In this document: piece by piece, positions 10,840 through 20,729 of the stretch | Layout: each line of letters starts with the position of its first letter | How positions within the stretch are numbered: the first letter of the stretch is position 1 | Assembly: GCA_963753345.1 (NCBI GenBank) | Contig: CAVWBU010000047.1 | Location: 128,001 to 192,000, forward strand | Source: an uncultured Fibrobacterota bacterium | GTDB lineage: Bacteria > Fibrobacterota > Chitinivibrionia > Chitinivibrionales > FEN-1185 | Length of the DNA: 64,000 nucleotides | Direction: 5' to 3' | Program-made: the position numbers and the translations under genes | Notes under the pieces: generated by a model | Told to the model about the DNA's origin: nothing | Databases searched by the model: none | What the model saw: only the letters and a program-made list of their open reading frames with translations

Positions 10840-12393
10840 ATGCCTGTATATTTCAAGCGTCTGCAACAAACAATCGTAACAACTGCTCTTTTTGTCGCCA
10901 CCGTTTCCGTACCTCAATGCTGGGCCCTTAATGCCCAGATCACTTCATCGGTTCAGAATATCACCGCCTTTCTCGGCACCGTAAACGCCAAACTGGTATT
11001 CAGGAATTTCGATCCCAACGATAGTTACCTTTATTTTATCGATTTTTCCGTTGCTGCTCCCACCATAACGAAAATGAACAATACCTTTGAAGCCATCGCG
11101 CCGGTGATTTCACCCGATGGGCAGTACGTGGTTTTCGAACGGGGCGGTCTCAATGACATGACCAGCGCGAATCCATGTTCGTCATTCGTTTGCAGTCTGA
11201 GCGCCAATGCCCAGCCGGTACTCGTTGAAGCAGCAACAGCATACACACCCCGTTTTATATACAATGCATCGGTCCCAACCATCATTTATGCGACCTGCGG
11301 ATGGAACCCCAATGACCACGTAACCGGAGGTTCGGACGTGTGGAACGGATGCGGAAAGGTGGCAAAGCGCACGTGGCAGAACCTGGTTGTGGGCCCGGAG
11401 CAGGACGTGTACACAGGCGGCAGTTACATGGGCGGACTTTCGTACGACGGCAATTATCTGGCCACGGCGAATGAATCCCCGAATTGTTTCATGCTTGATC
11501 TGCGCAATCCAGCGAACGGCCCTGCAAGGATTTACCGTTTGAATTGTCTATCGACAACCGGAGGAGCGGATACCACCATAGATATTCAGACCTGCAATCC
11601 GTCTATTTCGTCAAGCAGGATATTCACCTCTTGCATGATGTTTCTCGATTTCGGGTTTTATAAACCCGGGTATACAACCACGTTAGGTTCATATTGGGAA
11701 ATGCACGACCGCATTTTCATTTGCGACATTCAGAATAGGGTGGTGAAATATTTTGACGTGAACGATCTGCCATTCGCGGTCAAAGGTACCTCGGCGAATC
11801 CCGGAGAAATTCTTAATACGCAATATGATAATCCTGAGTGGTCGAATCATCCCTATTATGCCGCCGCCAACATTTATGTCGATCGCATTTTCAAACCTGC
11901 AACGACATGGGTGCATACGCAGAATCATGAGGCGATATACCTTATCGACGCAAAGGATTCCACCTATCTTCACATAGTCCAATCCGGCGATACGACCGCA
12001 TCGACATCAAAAACGGATTTGCGATGGCCATGGCTGTGGATCAATGTCCCTGCGGATTTTGAAACAACCGAGGATCCGACCTGGCTCAATCCGCATGCTC
12101 CCGTTGTCACGCCTCTTCGATACCGCGCTGTCGGCGGCAATGAAATATATCTGCGAGATGGAATCGTAACATCCGTGTCCCCGATAACATCATTGACAAT
12201 TCATAATCTGCTCGGGCGGATCATTGCTCGCGTTGAGGTGAACAATAAACATGCCATTTCGTTGTCCGCATCGTGGTTCCCGAAATCCGGCATTTATTTT
12301 ATCCATGTCCGTGCTGCGGATCATGCCGCGCGGATTTTCAAGGTTACCTGTTTGACGTCAGCCGAAAGTGGACAGAGTAATAGTGTAAGATAG
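10840..12393 (+). CDS. TIGR02171-like (Fibrobacter paralogous family) propeller protein with T9SS-type CTD
   Basis: AKLVFRN, PVISPDG, GSYMGGLS, QTCNPS, MFLDFG, HDRIFI, PEWSN motifs; CTD IHNLLGR..SGIYFI. Confidence 0.7.
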   Translation: MPVYFKRLQQTIVTTALFVATVSVPQCWALNAQITSSVQNITAFLGTVNAKLVFRNFDPNDSYLYFIDFSVAAPTITKMNNTFEAIAPVISPDGQYVVFERGGLNDMTSANPCSSFVCSLSANAQPVLVEAATAYTPRFIYNASVPTIIYATCGWNPNDHVTGGSDVWNGCGKVAKRTWQNLVVGPEQDVYTGGSYMGGLSYDGNYLATANESPNCFMLDLRNPANGPARIYRLNCLSTTGGADTTIDIQTCNPSISSSRIFTSCMMFLDFGFYKPGYTTTLGSYWEMHDRIFICDIQNRVVKYFDVNDLPFAVKGTSANPGEILNTQYDNPEWSNHPYYAAANIYVDRIFKPATTWVHTQNHEAIYLIDAKDSTYLHIVQSGDTTASTSKTDLRWPWLWINVPADFETTEDPTWLNPHAPVVTPLRYRAVGGNEIYLRDGIVTSVSPITSLTIHNLLGRIIARVEVNNKHAISLSASWFPKSGIYFIHVRAADHAARIFKVTCLTSAESGQSNSVR

Positions 12394-12440
12394 CAGATGG
12401 TTTAATTTGGGGAGTAAAGAACCACGGCCAGAGCCGGAAA

Positions 12441-13490
12441 TCAGCGGCCCGCCGCAATACGGCCGGCAAGTGTGCCGAATGCACCGCGAACAGTGGCGCA
12501 ATACACGCCCGGGGCAAGGCCTATTGTCGTGAACGAGAACGATTTCGCAACACCTGTCGAATGCAGCACGCGCGCACCGGTTACGGAAAAGAGTTCAAGC
12601 GAGTATGTCTGGCTGGAGGGCAAGGTGACCGAGACCGCAGTCCCTGCGATCGTAAACGCGGAATGTGCCTTGGGGGACTGCGATACCGGCGCCCCGGCCG
12701 CCACATTCGGGTCCCAGTGGTAGACACGCAGGTAGTCGACGATAAGGCTTTCCGGGAAAATGGTGGTGTTGTCACTGTTGCCATCGAAATTTCCGCCAAC
12801 GGCAAGGTTAAAAATAAACCAGAATTCCTTGTCAAATGGCAGACTCGGGTCGCTGGTCCTCGGAAGAGTCCCGAAATTCACGCTGTCGCAAAACCAGCGT
12901 ATCGAATCGGTGTTCCATTCCGCGGCATAGACGTGAAAACTGTCGTGAACGTTCCCCTTGGGCAATGTGTACTGGTTGAACACGTCGAAACCGGGAAAGT
13001 GGTACGACCCGGAGGTCCAGTTCGGCAGCCGTCCCCTTCCTTCCATTATATCAAGTTCTCCGCATGCCGGCCATCCAACCGAACTGAAATTGGAGCCGAG
13101 CATCCAGAACGCGGGCCACATTCCCTGGGTGATGGGAAGGCGCATGCGCGCCTCCATGCGTCCGTACACGAAGTTCCTTTTGTTCTGCGTATTAAGGCGG
13201 CCGGAGGTGATCCCGCCGTCGTTCTTTGCAACGATGATCAAACAGCCGTTCTTGACGAATATATTGGAATTTGTCTGATCGTGTCCGGTTGTGTAATGTT
13301 CCTGTTCGCCATTGTCCGGATTGTTTGAAGGGTCCACCGACCAGTTGCTCTCGTTGAGCGCGGTGCTGTCGAATTCATCTGACCAGAACAATGTCCACCC
13401 GCCGGCAGCTGAAGCATTTGTCAAGAACAGAAACACCAACGCCGGCAGGGCCGTTGCAAAAGCTTTTCTCAAACCACTTGTTCCAAACAT
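12441..13490 (-). CDS. GH16 beta-glucanase (laminarinase-like) with T9SS-type CTD
   Basis: WSDEFD, GMWPAFWMLG, catalytic ELDIME, FHVYAAEW, NLAVGG; CTD LFSVTGA..PGVY. Confidence 0.92.
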   Translation of the reverse strand: MFGTSGLRKAFATALPALVFLFLTNASAAGGWTLFWSDEFDSTALNESNWSVDPSNNPDNGEQEHYTTGHDQTNSNIFVKNGCLIIVAKNDGGITSGRLNTQNKRNFVYGRMEARMRLPITQGMWPAFWMLGSNFSSVGWPACGELDIMEGRGRLPNWTSGSYHFPGFDVFNQYTLPKGNVHDSFHVYAAEWNTDSIRWFCDSVNFGTLPRTSDPSLPFDKEFWFIFNLAVGGNFDGNSDNTTIFPESLIVDYLRVYHWDPNVAAGAPVSQSPKAHSAFTIAGTAVSVTLPSSQTYSLELFSVTGARVLHSTGVAKSFSFTTIGLAPGVYCATVRGAFGTLAGRIAAGR

Positions 13491-13871
13491 GACGCCGCCC
13501 ACCTTATCCCCCGGGTTGACATTGAGCGCTTAAATGCCGGCACAATTCGCCACACGCCTACATTTGATTGGTCCGACGAAATCGTTTCACCGGTTAAATA
13601 TACCCGAAAAGAAGCTAGAATGGGAACTATTTCCATCACACAAAACAGAAAAGTGTCTCCCTATTTGTTTGACATGACTTATCAATGAGCGGTATATTCC
13701 TAGCAAGACTGTTTACGCGGTGCGGAGACGTAAAAAAGGTGATGGATGATATTTGGATTTTGCTTCGGCGGACAAATGGCGCACTTGTCAAGAGCTATTG
13801 TCCGTCCGCTCAAACCCTCGGAATAAGGTAATTTACCTGTCGAATTGTTGGCACCAGAAAAAGGAGCGTGT

Positions 13872-15359
13872 ATGCATTTTATCGCTCAGAGTAAACACTA
13901 CCGCACGAAAAGGGCAGAAGGTACTAAAAACATCATTGGTGATACTCATTCCGGTTTTTTCCCTTTTGCAGCCTTTATTATGGCAGCTGCAATCTTCTTT
14001 CCCATTGAAATCAGGGCGCAGATGACGTTTGGGGCCAACTTTTGGAACATAGGCTGGGGTTCGGCTGCCGGCGGCGCCGGTCCAGAGTACAATTATTTTA
14101 CGACAAATGTGAATTGGGCCACCACAACCAATCCCTGGAATCCGACGTTCATCTCAGAGCTTGAGCAGGCAAAAGTTCACTGCCTTCGATTTATGGACTG
14201 GGGTTGCACAAACAGCAGCCTGGTTACCCTGTGGAGCCAGCGAATATCAAAAACGGCCAATCATTACCTTTCCGGAAACACCCAACCACAGACAGCCGGA
14301 ACCGGCTATGGCGTCGCATACGAATGGATGATTGATCTCTGCAATCGGGTAAACGCCGACATGTGGGTCTGCGTTCCGCATCAGACCGACACGAATTATT
14401 CCTATCAACTGGCTACGTTGATCAAGAACAATCTGAATTCCAATCTAAAGGTGTATATCGAATATTCGAATGAATGCTGGAACGACGGCTTTGCACAGGC
14501 CGGTTGGCTGGATGCACAGAGGAATATCAACGGTCTCGCCAATCCATTAAAATGGCAGGGGCAAACTGTCTATGGTTTTGGGAGCGGCGGTGATTGCCGA
14601 TGGTCTGAGTACGTATACTTTGTCTGCAGGACCATGAATCAATTCAACCGGGTTTTCGGAACAAACAGCCCGCGGGTTGTCAAAGTCATGAGCGGACAGG
14701 CCGGCTGGGGGCTTGGCAGCGGCATGAATCAGATGTGCCAATACCATATGGCTTGTCTTCAAACCTCGATTTGCAATCCGTGGGGGGTTACCATAGACGC
14801 TTATGCAATTGCGCCGTACTGGAACGCCAGCGATCATACCCCTGCGGGCACCGAAGCATCGATGCGGGCCAGTCTTGCCGATTGCGTGACAGAATTGACG
14901 GACACCCGGAGTGCATTGACAGGTTCGGGTATTCCGCTGGTCTGCTATGAAGGCGGACCGGATAATTACAGCACGCAGAGCATAGCGAACGATTCTTTCC
15001 AGTATCAGCTCACTATTGATGCTTTAACCGCGATGGCACTTCTTGTCCAGGGCACATTCAACTACTACACGTTCAATGGCGGAGCAGTTTGGGGCCTTAA
15101 AGAGCAGGTGGGTGATGATCCCTCGATAGCGCCAAAATGGCGCGGCTATATGCAATGGCTTTCGACCGTTCAAGTGACCCAACCGATTCTTTATAAAATC
15201 GCGCCACTCGGGCACTTCGGAACCTCCACAATTTTCAATCTGCTTGGACAGCGAGTAAGAGCAGTCGGTTTCCGTGGAATTCTCCCTTACAGCAGACAGG
15301 GAATGTTCATAACGGTTCTGGATAATTCGCCAACCAAATCAATTTCCATAGCCCGGTGA
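13872..15359 (+). CDS. Secreted putative glycoside hydrolase, paralog of 5030..6911, CTD-like tail
   Basis: AAGGAG RBS; LRFMDW, YEWMIDLCN, DMWVCVP, IEYSNECWN, YEGGP; tail IFNLLGQRV..GMFI. Confidence 0.8.
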   Translation: MHFIAQSKHYRTKRAEGTKNIIGDTHSGFFPFAAFIMAAAIFFPIEIRAQMTFGANFWNIGWGSAAGGAGPEYNYFTTNVNWATTTNPWNPTFISELEQAKVHCLRFMDWGCTNSSLVTLWSQRISKTANHYLSGNTQPQTAGTGYGVAYEWMIDLCNRVNADMWVCVPHQTDTNYSYQLATLIKNNLNSNLKVYIEYSNECWNDGFAQAGWLDAQRNINGLANPLKWQGQTVYGFGSGGDCRWSEYVYFVCRTMNQFNRVFGTNSPRVVKVMSGQAGWGLGSGMNQMCQYHMACLQTSICNPWGVTIDAYAIAPYWNASDHTPAGTEASMRASLADCVTELTDTRSALTGSGIPLVCYEGGPDNYSTQSIANDSFQYQLTIDALTAMALLVQGTFNYYTFNGGAVWGLKEQVGDDPSIAPKWRGYMQWLSTVQVTQPILYKIAPLGHFGTSTIFNLLGQRVRAVGFRGILPYSRQGMFITVLDNSPTKSISIAR

Positions 15360-15465
15360 GATCCATGGATTGTCGAGATACGTCAAGTAACGCTGGAGAA
15401 CTTCCGGTTGCATGACATGCGCCCACAGCAGCGTGTCCGCATTAGTCAACAATTTGACCTCATCA

Positions 15466-15545
15466 CCGTTCGTGGTAGAGCACTTCGACAAGCGCAATGC
15501 AGGCTCTTTGAACCATGAACGGCAAGATTTTTTCAACACCCTGCT
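15466..15545. repeat. REP/MITE-like palindromic element
   Basis: Inverted repeat CCGTTCGTGGT..ACCATGAACGG with internal hairpin, followed by TTTTTCAACACCCTGCT. Confidence 0.5.
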
Positions 15546-15613
15546 TTCAGGTTTTCTGCCAGAAAACGCTTTCTTTCAAAGGGATTTACAAAGCCAGGGA
15601 GCAACAGTATATT

Positions 15614-16867
15614 ATGTTGGTGAGGCAGAAGTTCACAAAACTTGCCTCGAAGGGGATCTGCTTGTTTGGCAAACTAGTTATCATGTTGTTTCTTGCCTGT
15701 GCGACCATGGGGTTCGGTCAATGGACGCAGGTCGCCTCCGGTGTCCCCTCGACTGCTTATGTCTGGTGTCTTGCCGTGAAAGACAATATTGTTTTTGCCG
15801 GAACCGGACCGGGCGTTTTTCGTTCCACTAACAATGGTATAAGCTGGACTGCTGTTGATTCCGGCATCCCGACGGCTGTCTATTCTCTTGCCACAAGCGG
15901 CATCAGAATTTTTGCAGGGACTGGGGGCGCCGGCGTATTCCTTTCCACTGACAACGGAACAAGCTGGACTGCCGTTGATTCAGGGCTGCCAGCGAGAATT
16001 TCTGTCAAGTCTCTTGCCGTTACTAGTTTCGGCAACGTCTATGCCGGAACTTCCGGCGGCCTTTTTCAATCCCCAAATTTTGGCACCTCCTGGACTGCGG
16101 TTTCCGGATTCCCCACTGCTTCTATCCTCTCTCTTGCTGCGAGCGGCATTCATGACGTCTTTGTCGGAGTTGGAAACAATTTTCTTGTCTCCACAAATAG
16201 CGGTGCAAGCTGGAGCACTTCGGTCTCTTGGGGACCGCTTGTGGGTATTGGCGTTTTCTCTATCGCCGTGACCACTAGTGGCAGCGTCTTCGCCGGAACT
16301 GGTAGCGGTGTCTTTTTATCGACCACAGATCGCTCAACCTGGACTTCGGTCAATTCCGGCCTCACGGATACCAATGTCTTCTCACTTGCCGTGAGCAGCG
16401 GCAATCTCTTTGCCGGGACCTACAGTGGCAACGTTTTCCTTTCCACCAACAACGGCGCAAGCTGGACTGCGGTAGGCTCTGGCCTCCCGCTCAACGGAGA
16501 GATCTCGTGTCTTGCGGTGAGCGACAGCAATGTCTTTGCCGGGACGTACGGGAACGGCTTATGGCGCAGGCCGCTTTCAGAAATGATACCATCAACAAAT
16601 TATGATTTTCAAAACAAACAACCATCTGTCAACGGTCTCAGAATCAACCTCAACAAAACAATTGTCACCGCATCCATGCCTCTGTCTGATGGCCCAGTTA
16701 CTATTGGACTTTTTACTGTCGCTGGTAAAAGAATCTATTGCGCCACCCATCAGGCGCACGAGGGAATGCTGAATATTCCCGTATCAGGACTATCAACAGG
16801 CACGTATCTAATGTCAATTACAAGCAGGAACTCATCGCTGTCTTCGTCGTTTGTCATAACGAAATGA
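15614..16867 (+). CDS. BNR/Asp-box beta-propeller protein with T9SS-type CTD
   Basis: Repeated S-T-(N/D)-N-G-x-S-W Asp-boxes; signal ending GFG|QW; CTD LFTVAGK..LSTGTY; start uncertain. Confidence 0.85.
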   Translation: MLVRQKFTKLASKGICLFGKLVIMLFLACATMGFGQWTQVASGVPSTAYVWCLAVKDNIVFAGTGPGVFRSTNNGISWTAVDSGIPTAVYSLATSGIRIFAGTGGAGVFLSTDNGTSWTAVDSGLPARISVKSLAVTSFGNVYAGTSGGLFQSPNFGTSWTAVSGFPTASILSLAASGIHDVFVGVGNNFLVSTNSGASWSTSVSWGPLVGIGVFSIAVTTSGSVFAGTGSGVFLSTTDRSTWTSVNSGLTDTNVFSLAVSSGNLFAGTYSGNVFLSTNNGASWTAVGSGLPLNGEISCLAVSDSNVFAGTYGNGLWRRPLSEMIPSTNYDFQNKQPSVNGLRINLNKTIVTASMPLSDGPVTIGLFTVAGKRIYCATHQAHEGMLNIPVSGLSTGTYLMSITSRNSSLSSSFVITK

Positions 16868-16999
16868 TTCGGTAAAGATGCTCTAAAATCAATACTCATT
16901 GAAATCCATTGACAATTAAGGCTTTCTGTTGTATATATATGGTAACCCTATACTGGTTTGGTTGATTACAGGGATTTCCTTTAGAAGGGGGCTGCTGAT

Positions 17000-18358
17000 A
17001 TGAAAAATTGCTTGTATAGTGCGCTTCTGCTGTGTTCCGCGGTTTTATTCGCTTATGGTGACCAAATCCTGACCGTCAATTATTCAACGGCCAACCAGCT
17101 TCTCCAGAATGGCGCGATAATCCATCCTGATGCGTCGAAGACCACCGACCCCATCCAGTGCTTCGACATGGGAACGACCGGTCTCATTGAAATTCCCAAC
17201 ATAGCGCTTCCGCAGGGACCCTTTTCCATTGAAAGTGAGTTTTATCTTCGCGGCTACAATGAAACCGATCCCGATATTTCGGGAGTTTTTGAGGGTTTCA
17301 ATTGCGATTATGGAAACACGGGGGCGGGAAACACGGAAGGGGTCGAATTCCGTGTTGGCGGCGGCTATAACTACCCTTTGAAAATTCAGGATGTGTACAA
17401 TAATGTCAGCGATTGGGTTCCGCCTGATGATTCCGCCAAGACTGCTCGCGCTGCTATTTCTCTGGCAATAGGAGAATTCGGCCTTGGCGTTGGCCAGCAT
17501 ATCTGGAAGGAGATCTATACCAATTCCTGCATTGAAACCAACACGTGGATGCACATGGTTGCGACGTGGGATGGGACAACGATGCTGGTATACCTCAACG
17601 GGCGCGACGCAACGGACAATTGGCGCACCACGGGCGCGCAATTGCCGGTGCTTATCGCGAATGTAAGGACGGTCTATGTTGGCGCGCAGGATGCTACGGC
17701 GGCGCGGCATGTGAACGGCAAAATCGGATTCGTGAATGTCTATAATGAAGTGCTTTCGCCTGGTGACGTATGGAACAAATTCCGGCAGTCTGCTGGAGGA
17801 AACATATGCGCCCGCTTCATAGAGATTGAATCGCCTCGGTGCGGTGAGGTCATTTCGCCCGACACAAAAATAAAATTTTCCGTTAGAGACAGTTTAGGCA
17901 ACGATGTGACGCCGTCCGGCAAGTCCTATTCGGTTCATATTTGCCGGGAGCCGACGTTTTCAGATCCTTCAGCCAAAACCTATCAGACCGCCGTAACCGC
18001 GTGCGGCTTGAAAGATCTGGTTGGAGCGGATACCATAAATTTAAGTGGCCTTTTCTATTTCCGTATAACAGATGGCCCTGCCTCCGCTTTGAGCAAAAGG
18101 GCCGACGATGCTCCGGTTGCGCAGAGTGGAACATTACCCGCCTATCTCATAAGTTCCTCAACAAAAATCGCTCCCCATGCAGGTTTGGTCCATAAGGGAA
18201 CAGCCAACATCGGCCAGCTGGCCAATCAGGTTATTTATGATATCCGGGGCCGCACCATGGGAATCGGATCAAAAGTGCCGTTGTCAACCCTGCAAAACGG
18301 GATTTATTTTGTCAAGACGGGTGCCATGGCCGGTCAAAAAATATTATTTGTGAAATAA
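17000..18358 (+). CDS. LamG/concanavalin A-like domain protein with T9SS-type CTD
   Basis: WMHMVATWDGTTMLVYLNG, VNGKIGFVNVYNEVLS; CTD IYDIRGR..NGIYFVK. Confidence 0.85.
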   Translation: MKNCLYSALLLCSAVLFAYGDQILTVNYSTANQLLQNGAIIHPDASKTTDPIQCFDMGTTGLIEIPNIALPQGPFSIESEFYLRGYNETDPDISGVFEGFNCDYGNTGAGNTEGVEFRVGGGYNYPLKIQDVYNNVSDWVPPDDSAKTARAAISLAIGEFGLGVGQHIWKEIYTNSCIETNTWMHMVATWDGTTMLVYLNGRDATDNWRTTGAQLPVLIANVRTVYVGAQDATAARHVNGKIGFVNVYNEVLSPGDVWNKFRQSAGGNICARFIEIESPRCGEVISPDTKIKFSVRDSLGNDVTPSGKSYSVHICREPTFSDPSAKTYQTAVTACGLKDLVGADTINLSGLFYFRITDGPASALSKRADDAPVAQSGTLPAYLISSSTKIAPHAGLVHKGTANIGQLANQVIYDIRGRTMGIGSKVPLSTLQNGIYFVKTGAMAGQKILFVK

Positions 18359-18382
18359 TGCCTTGTTGCGGATATCGTAAGG

Positions 18383-18420
18383 AAAAAGGGCCGACGTTGG
18401 CGCGTCGGCCCTTTTCTTTC
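18383..18420. terminator. Bidirectional intrinsic terminator
   Basis: AAAAAGGGCCGACG-loop-CGTCGGCCCTTTT. Confidence 0.85.
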
Positions 18421-18485
18421 GGGAATTTTCCCCTAGGTGTAACCCCCGAAATCAAAGAAAAGCGCGTAAGCGCTTTGGCGTAACA

Positions 18486-18578
18486 TTGTGCACCCGATAT
18501 CCCTGACGCCCATAGGGCGTGGTCTGTTTTTGAGAAAACGCCGAAGGCTTTTCTCTACTGCTTGTTCACGCTGCACAA
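18486..18578 (-). ncRNA. Candidate structured RNA, family unknown
   Basis: Closing stem TTGTGCA/TGCACAA enclosing a GAGAAAA-GCC(TTCG)GC-GTTTTCTC hairpin and an ACGCCC/GGGCGT hairpin. Confidence 0.4.
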
Positions 18579-18619
18579 AATCAAGAAACGCCCACCCGAC
18601 CTTGCGCGAATATGCGGTT

Positions 18620-18648
18620 TTGACTTTGGCCCGCGGTGAAAGTATATT
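18620..18648 (+). promoter_or_regulatory. Sigma70-type promoter for LRR gene
   Basis: TTGACT-17 bp-TATATT; AAGGAGG RBS before 18703. Confidence 0.6.
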
Positions 18649-18702
18649 ATAATGGAACTTTACAAATGGTAGAATTACTGCGGTTTCGGCAAGGAGGACC
18701 GT

Positions 18703-19401
18703 ATGAAAAAAGCAGCGTTTCTTCTCTGTGCCGCGGCTGTCATGTCGGCATCCGCGCAGAGCAAGCCCGACGAAATAGCGGTGGTGCGCGCCATCCTCGA
18801 CAGCGCCGGCCGCAGTGATGTCACGGCCGAAAGCGTTACCAAGGCGGACCCGGAGGGCCGGATTGTTTTCCTGGACCTTACCAATAAAGAAATGGAAAAG
18901 GGGGGAATAAAGAGCATACCCCCGGAAATCGGCAGGCTCCGCGCCCTCAGGGAACTGCACCTCGCCCGCAACGAAATCGGCTCTCTGCCTTCCGAAATTG
19001 CATCGCTTACCAAGCTCAAGATTCTCGACCTGCAATACAACCAGATTGCCGAACTGCCTCCCGAAGTGGGCAAACTGGCCGCCCTTCTGGAGCTCGACCT
19101 GCGCAACAACCAGTTGTCGCAGCTGCCCAAGGAGCTGTTTTCGCTGAGTCGCCTTAGCGTGCTCAAGCTTTCCAACAACAATTTTACGTCGCTTCCCGAA
19201 GGGATCGGCAGGCTCGCGTCGCTCAAACAATTGTACCTCTCCAGCAATAAGCTCGTTACCCTCCCGAAAAGCGTCATTACCATGAAACGCCTCACCTATG
19301 TTGATTTTCAGGACAACAAATTCTGCAAAACGTCCGCGGAGTTCTCGGCGTGGCTCAAGAAATGGGATGACCGGTGGAAATCAAAACAAAATTGCCGGTG
19401 A
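18703..19401 (+). CDS. Secreted leucine-rich repeat protein
   Basis: Signal peptide SASA|Q; about six LxxLxLxxNxLxxLPxEIGxL repeats. Confidence 0.93.
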   Translation: MKKAAFLLCAAAVMSASAQSKPDEIAVVRAILDSAGRSDVTAESVTKADPEGRIVFLDLTNKEMEKGGIKSIPPEIGRLRALRELHLARNEIGSLPSEIASLTKLKILDLQYNQIAELPPEVGKLAALLELDLRNNQLSQLPKELFSLSRLSVLKLSNNNFTSLPEGIGRLASLKQLYLSSNKLVTLPKSVITMKRLTYVDFQDNKFCKTSAEFSAWLKKWDDRWKSKQNCR

Positions 19402-19418
19402 TCATTTTTTTTTCGATC

Positions 19419-19454
19419 AAAAAAGCCCCGGCTCTTTCGCGTCGGGGCTTTTTG
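19419..19454. terminator. Bidirectional intrinsic terminator
   Basis: AAAAAAGCCCCGGC..GTCGGGGCTTTTT between convergent genes. Confidence 0.85.
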
Positions 19455-19558
19455 TTTCCGCATCTGCTACAGGTATTACTGCCAACTCGGGCGGCAAATT
19501 AATAAAGAGCAGGGAAAGAATTTGTTGATCCACTCCCCCTCTCTCTTTGTAGTCTTGA

Positions 19559-20554
19559 CTACCGTGTAATGAGGAACCGCGATTCAGCCATGACGCCGTC
19601 CTGTTCCATCTGTAAGAAATAAACACCGGAAGTCAGTTTACCAAGAGACAGGCTCTGCGATTGAGTCCCGGAAGTCAAGAACTTTCTCATCGGGTTCCCG
19701 ACCTGTTTGCCCCGGCTGTCCATAATGGAAAATGAGGTCATGCCGGCTTGTGCCATGGTGAAAGAAATAGTAACCCTGTTCTCCATGGGAATGATCTTCA
19801 TCACACGTTGTTTCTCATGAACCATATCTGTCTGTACGACTTCAGCAGGATATTGGAGATCGAATTGCATCCAGTCCATGTTCCAGCTGCCATCCTTAAA
19901 TGTCAGCTGAATAACCTGCAATCCGGTATCAAGCATCACGGAATCCACATTCTTGGTGATGCTCCAAGAATGCCAGACTTCAGGACAGCCGGAGGGCAGC
20001 GGCGTATCGACCGGCATGTTTTTAATTGAATCTATTTTCACCTTCTGGCCATCATAATAGGTAAGCAACTGGAGATTCGGAAGGTTAGCATTAGCCTCAT
20101 GGAAACTTACATAATACATACCCGCCGTGTTGACATGAACGGAATATTTTTCCCATTCACCCGGGTCGCCGTTCGTGTAGTAGGTGGACGGAAGGATCCA
20201 TGCCAGATGCCAGTAGCCAGTTTCGTGCTGACCGGGGTTCGACCCGAAAATGAAGTCATTGCCGCTGAATGCCTGCATACTTACAATGAAATCCGCCTGG
20301 ATTTGCTTGCCGGAGGCATCCATTCTCATTGATCCGCCAGAATTGCTGTTTCCCGGGTAATGGAACCCCACTCCCTCCCCGCCCGAATCGAAAAATACGC
20401 ATAAAACCTGTCCGGGAATCTCCTGGTAATGGCCCCCTTGGACCGTGTCGCAGCAATAGGGTTTGCCGGTATATCCGGCCGGAATCGCGGCATTGACACC
20501 AAGAGATATTGCAAAAAACACCGCCGCTATGGCGGCAAGCTTGTAAAGACTCAT
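19559..20554 (-). CDS. CBM6-like carbohydrate-binding protein with T9SS-type CTD
   Basis: IPG..FFDSGGEGVGFH, PGEWEKYSVHVNTAGMY, WNMDWMQF; CTD IMDSRGKQV..LTSGVYFL. Confidence 0.75.
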   Translation of the reverse strand: MSLYKLAAIAAVFFAISLGVNAAIPAGYTGKPYCCDTVQGGHYQEIPGQVLCVFFDSGGEGVGFHYPGNSNSGGSMRMDASGKQIQADFIVSMQAFSGNDFIFGSNPGQHETGYWHLAWILPSTYYTNGDPGEWEKYSVHVNTAGMYYVSFHEANANLPNLQLLTYYDGQKVKIDSIKNMPVDTPLPSGCPEVWHSWSITKNVDSVMLDTGLQVIQLTFKDGSWNMDWMQFDLQYPAEVVQTDMVHEKQRVMKIIPMENRVTISFTMAQAGMTSFSIMDSRGKQVGNPMRKFLTSGTQSQSLSLGKLTSGVYFLQMEQDGVMAESRFLITR

Positions 20555-20729
20555 AAAACGCCTCCCCCTTGTTAAGAAACCTGAACGGAAAAATAGTTCC
20601 GCTCAATGTACTTCTTGTCGCTGATGTAAATGCAGCAATCCTTCTTTCAATCCAAAAGTGAAGAAAAATCCACAGGGAACAAAACCCTGCTAATGTTTGT
20701 CGCCTTTATGCTTGCCCTTGCCGTTTTCG

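Noticed and set aside
15780-16560. Repeated DNA motifs as a CRISPR array
   Set aside because: In-frame Asp-box coding repeats; no cas genes or constant repeat-spacer pattern seen in the window
18433-19295. Minus-strand ORFs of 265 and 206 aa
   Set aside because: Shadows of the LRR gene
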